This document shows positions 62,635 through 64,000 of a stretch of 64,000 nt of DNA, in pieces. Within the stretch, counting starts at the first letter, position 1. The number at the start of each line of letters is the position of its first letter. The notes below the pieces were generated by a model. The model did no database searches. It was not told the origin of the DNA and saw nothing but the letters and a program-made list of their open reading frames with translations. A program made the position numbers and the translations under genes. The DNA lies in assembly GCA_026395685.1 (NCBI GenBank), contig JAPLYG010000009.1:81519-145518 (forward strand). The letters are read 5' to 3'. This stretch comes from Candidatus Parcubacteria bacterium (lineage in GTDB: Bacteria; Patescibacteriota; Patescibacteriia; CAIXNZ01).

Positions 62635-63240
62635 TTATATTTCATCAATTAATCCGGGATACTTTGTATAAATATATTGATAATTTGCCGCATCAAAAAT
62701 GTTATGCTTTGCGGGATTATTATAAAGATATCGCATATGTTGATTAAAATCATCATAATTGCGAATATAATGATCGTGAAGTGATTTTTGCCAATGAAAT
62801 TTTACATACAAAGTTTGATTTAATCCATATTTTGCCACAAATTGACGGCGCGTTGTAATCAAATATTCATAATGCTTTTCGATTATCTCTTCATAAATTT
62901 TATATTCCTCCCCCAATTGAAGGAGCGATTTGCAAATCGCTCCTTCGTCGACATAACCTAAGATAAAATTTATATTCCTGGTATAGTGTCTTTTGATAAA
63001 TTGCATTATTTTCGATAAATCCATCGCTTCATACGGCAAAAACATTAAATGAAAATGATCCAATAATATTACAAACGAATATAAATCAAATTTGTGCCTT
63101 TTTTTCGCCAATTTTAAAATTTCAATAAACAACTCGCAAAAAATCGACTCCTTAAAATATTCAACCCGGTTATCGGCAACACCTGTCACAAAATAAGTCG
63201 CCCCTTCAAAATATATCCGTTTTTGCGCTCCTTTATGCAT
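62635..63240 (-). CDS. Y1 (HUH) transposase family protein, IS200/RAYT-like (second copy)
   Basis: HUH motif in LLDHFHLMF. The C-terminal WQKSLHDHYIRNYDDFNQHMRYLYNNPAKHNI...YQYI is conserved with the 19610-20230 protein. A perfect 28-bp palindrome lies at 62919-62946 in frame. Confidence 0.75.
   Translation of the reverse strand: MHKGAQKRIYFEGATYFVTGVADNRVEYFKESIFCELFIEILKLAKKRHKFDLYSFVILLDHFHLMFLPYEAMDLSKIMQFIKRHYTRNINFILGYVDEGAICKSLLQLGEEYKIYEEIIEKHYEYLITTRRQFVAKYGLNQTLYVKFHWQKSLHDHYIRNYDDFNQHMRYLYNNPAKHNIFDAANYQYIYTKYPGLIDEI
62919..62946. repeat. Perfect 28-bp palindrome inside the second Y1 transposase gene
   Basis: gaaggagcgatttgcaaatcgctccttc equals its own reverse complement and encodes EGAICKSLL in frame. 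Confidence 0.8.
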
Positions 63241-63915
63241 TTACTTACCTATTATTTTTGAAAATAAAAGATCCCGAATAATCCTCAATCCGCTGCCAAA
63301 ACGCTGGCCATAATTATGATATAAAATTTCTACCGGAATTTCCTGATATTTTAAATTATTCAGCCGAACTTGCTCCAAAATTTCCGTAGCATGAGCCATG
63401 CCATCCTGATTAATAGTAATTTTTTCTGCAGCATTTTTTGATACAGCTCGAAAGCCGCAATGCGCGTCAGTTAGCCTTATACCTGTAAACAGCCAGTTGA
63501 AAATTATTGCCGGATAGTGAATAAAATATTTTTTTGACCAGGGCGTCTGGGACTTTTTATCCAGAGATCTGGAACCAAAAACAATATCAGCCTGACCGGC
63601 TATAATCGGGGCAATTATCTGGGCGATATCTTTGACCTGCATCTGGCCGTCACCGTCAAAATGCACGATTATTTCCGCACCCTGATTCAGGGCAAATTCA
63701 GTTCCGGTCTGCAAAGCCGCGCCCTGTCCCCTATTTATAAAATGCTTTAACAATTTAACATTTAACCCTTTAACAATTTCCGCCGTATTATCAGTTGAGC
63801 AATCGTCAACAACTACAATATTAGGCGTAATCTCTTTTAATTGAGAAAGAACGCCGCTGATATTTTTTTCTTCATTGTAAGCTGGAATCACGATCCAGAC
63901 CTTTTGATCTAACAT
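63241..63915 (-). CDS. Polyprenyl-phosphate glycosyltransferase, GT2 (DPM1/GtrB-like)
   Basis: VWIVIPAYNEEKNI...VVVDDCSTDNT...NRGQGAALQTG...HFDGDGQ. Its stop directly abuts the transposase start codon. Confidence 0.85.
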   Translation of the reverse strand: MLDQKVWIVIPAYNEEKNISGVLSQLKEITPNIVVVDDCSTDNTAEIVKGLNVKLLKHFINRGQGAALQTGTEFALNQGAEIIVHFDGDGQMQVKDIAQIIAPIIAGQADIVFGSRSLDKKSQTPWSKKYFIHYPAIIFNWLFTGIRLTDAHCGFRAVSKNAAEKITINQDGMAHATEILEQVRLNNLKYQEIPVEILYHNYGQRFGSGLRIIRDLLFSKIIGK

Positions 63916-64000
63916 AAAAGAGTTTAAAGTTCAAAGTTTAAAATGCAAAGTTACAGTGTAAAATTCAAAATTTTGGAATATATATTATTTAAAAAAACTT

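Noticed and set aside
1-64000. CRISPR array or cas genes
   Set aside because: I found no regularly spaced direct repeats of 25-40 bp with unique spacers anywhere in the window. The tandem repeats seen are 6-7 bp microsatellite-like or lie inside coding low-complexity regions.

Overview
This is an AT-rich (~35% GC), gene-dense bacterial window with short intergenic spacers and many large secreted or membrane proteins. The gene content (DUF4012 plus a GT2 glycosyltransferase cluster, pheS/pheT, a minimal repertoire) is consistent with a reduced-genome lineage such as Patescibacteria/CPR. That assignment is an inference, not something the sequence shows directly.

Confident housekeeping genes: mreB, pheS, pheT, rseP, murI, lemA, htpX, radA, mpg (3-methyladenine glycosylase), recG, ksgA/rsmA, comF, three tRNAs (Arg-GCG, Ser-GCU, Ser-UGA) and several GT2 glycosyltransferases.

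Accessory content, in window order:
- A 5' partial Tc-toxin/SpvB-domain (RHS-type) secreted protein at 1..1194.
- A ~3.8 kb high-GC island (about 11.1-14.95 kb) with an outer-membrane-like beta-barrel protein, a membrane protein and an MBL-fold hydrolase.
- A 1360-aa secreted papain-like (C1) peptidase with a DUF333 domain.
- A ~17 kb minus-strand block (43.5-61.1 kb) that looks like a minimal type IV secretion (T4SS)-like module: a VirB3-like protein, VirB4 split by one in-frame stop, a VirB8-like protein, a VirB6-like polytopic protein with a long tail, and a 2530-aa Cys-rich secreted giant. It sits next to comF and a tRNA cluster.

The most unusual signal is a set of GC-rich palindromic (REP/RPE-like) hairpins. 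One 27-bp palindrome is present, in frame, in both pheT and murI, where it encodes the same peptide (VTLREPQGD). Two Y1 (HUH, IS200/RAYT-like) transposase-family genes each carry their own in-frame palindrome. Each transposase gene is wedged exactly between operon partners (pheS|pheT and GT2|DUF2304). Related GC-rich hairpins sharing a GCGGAGC core occur in intergenic DNA.

Several short tandem or dispersed intergenic motif families are present (ACTAAT arrays, CTAAAG/AACTTTG heptamer arrays, CACAGAT clusters, a ~65-nt AT-rich element).

Two genes have broken reading frames: the phosphohexomutase gene (frameshift) and VirB4 (single in-frame TAA). These could be real or assembly errors.
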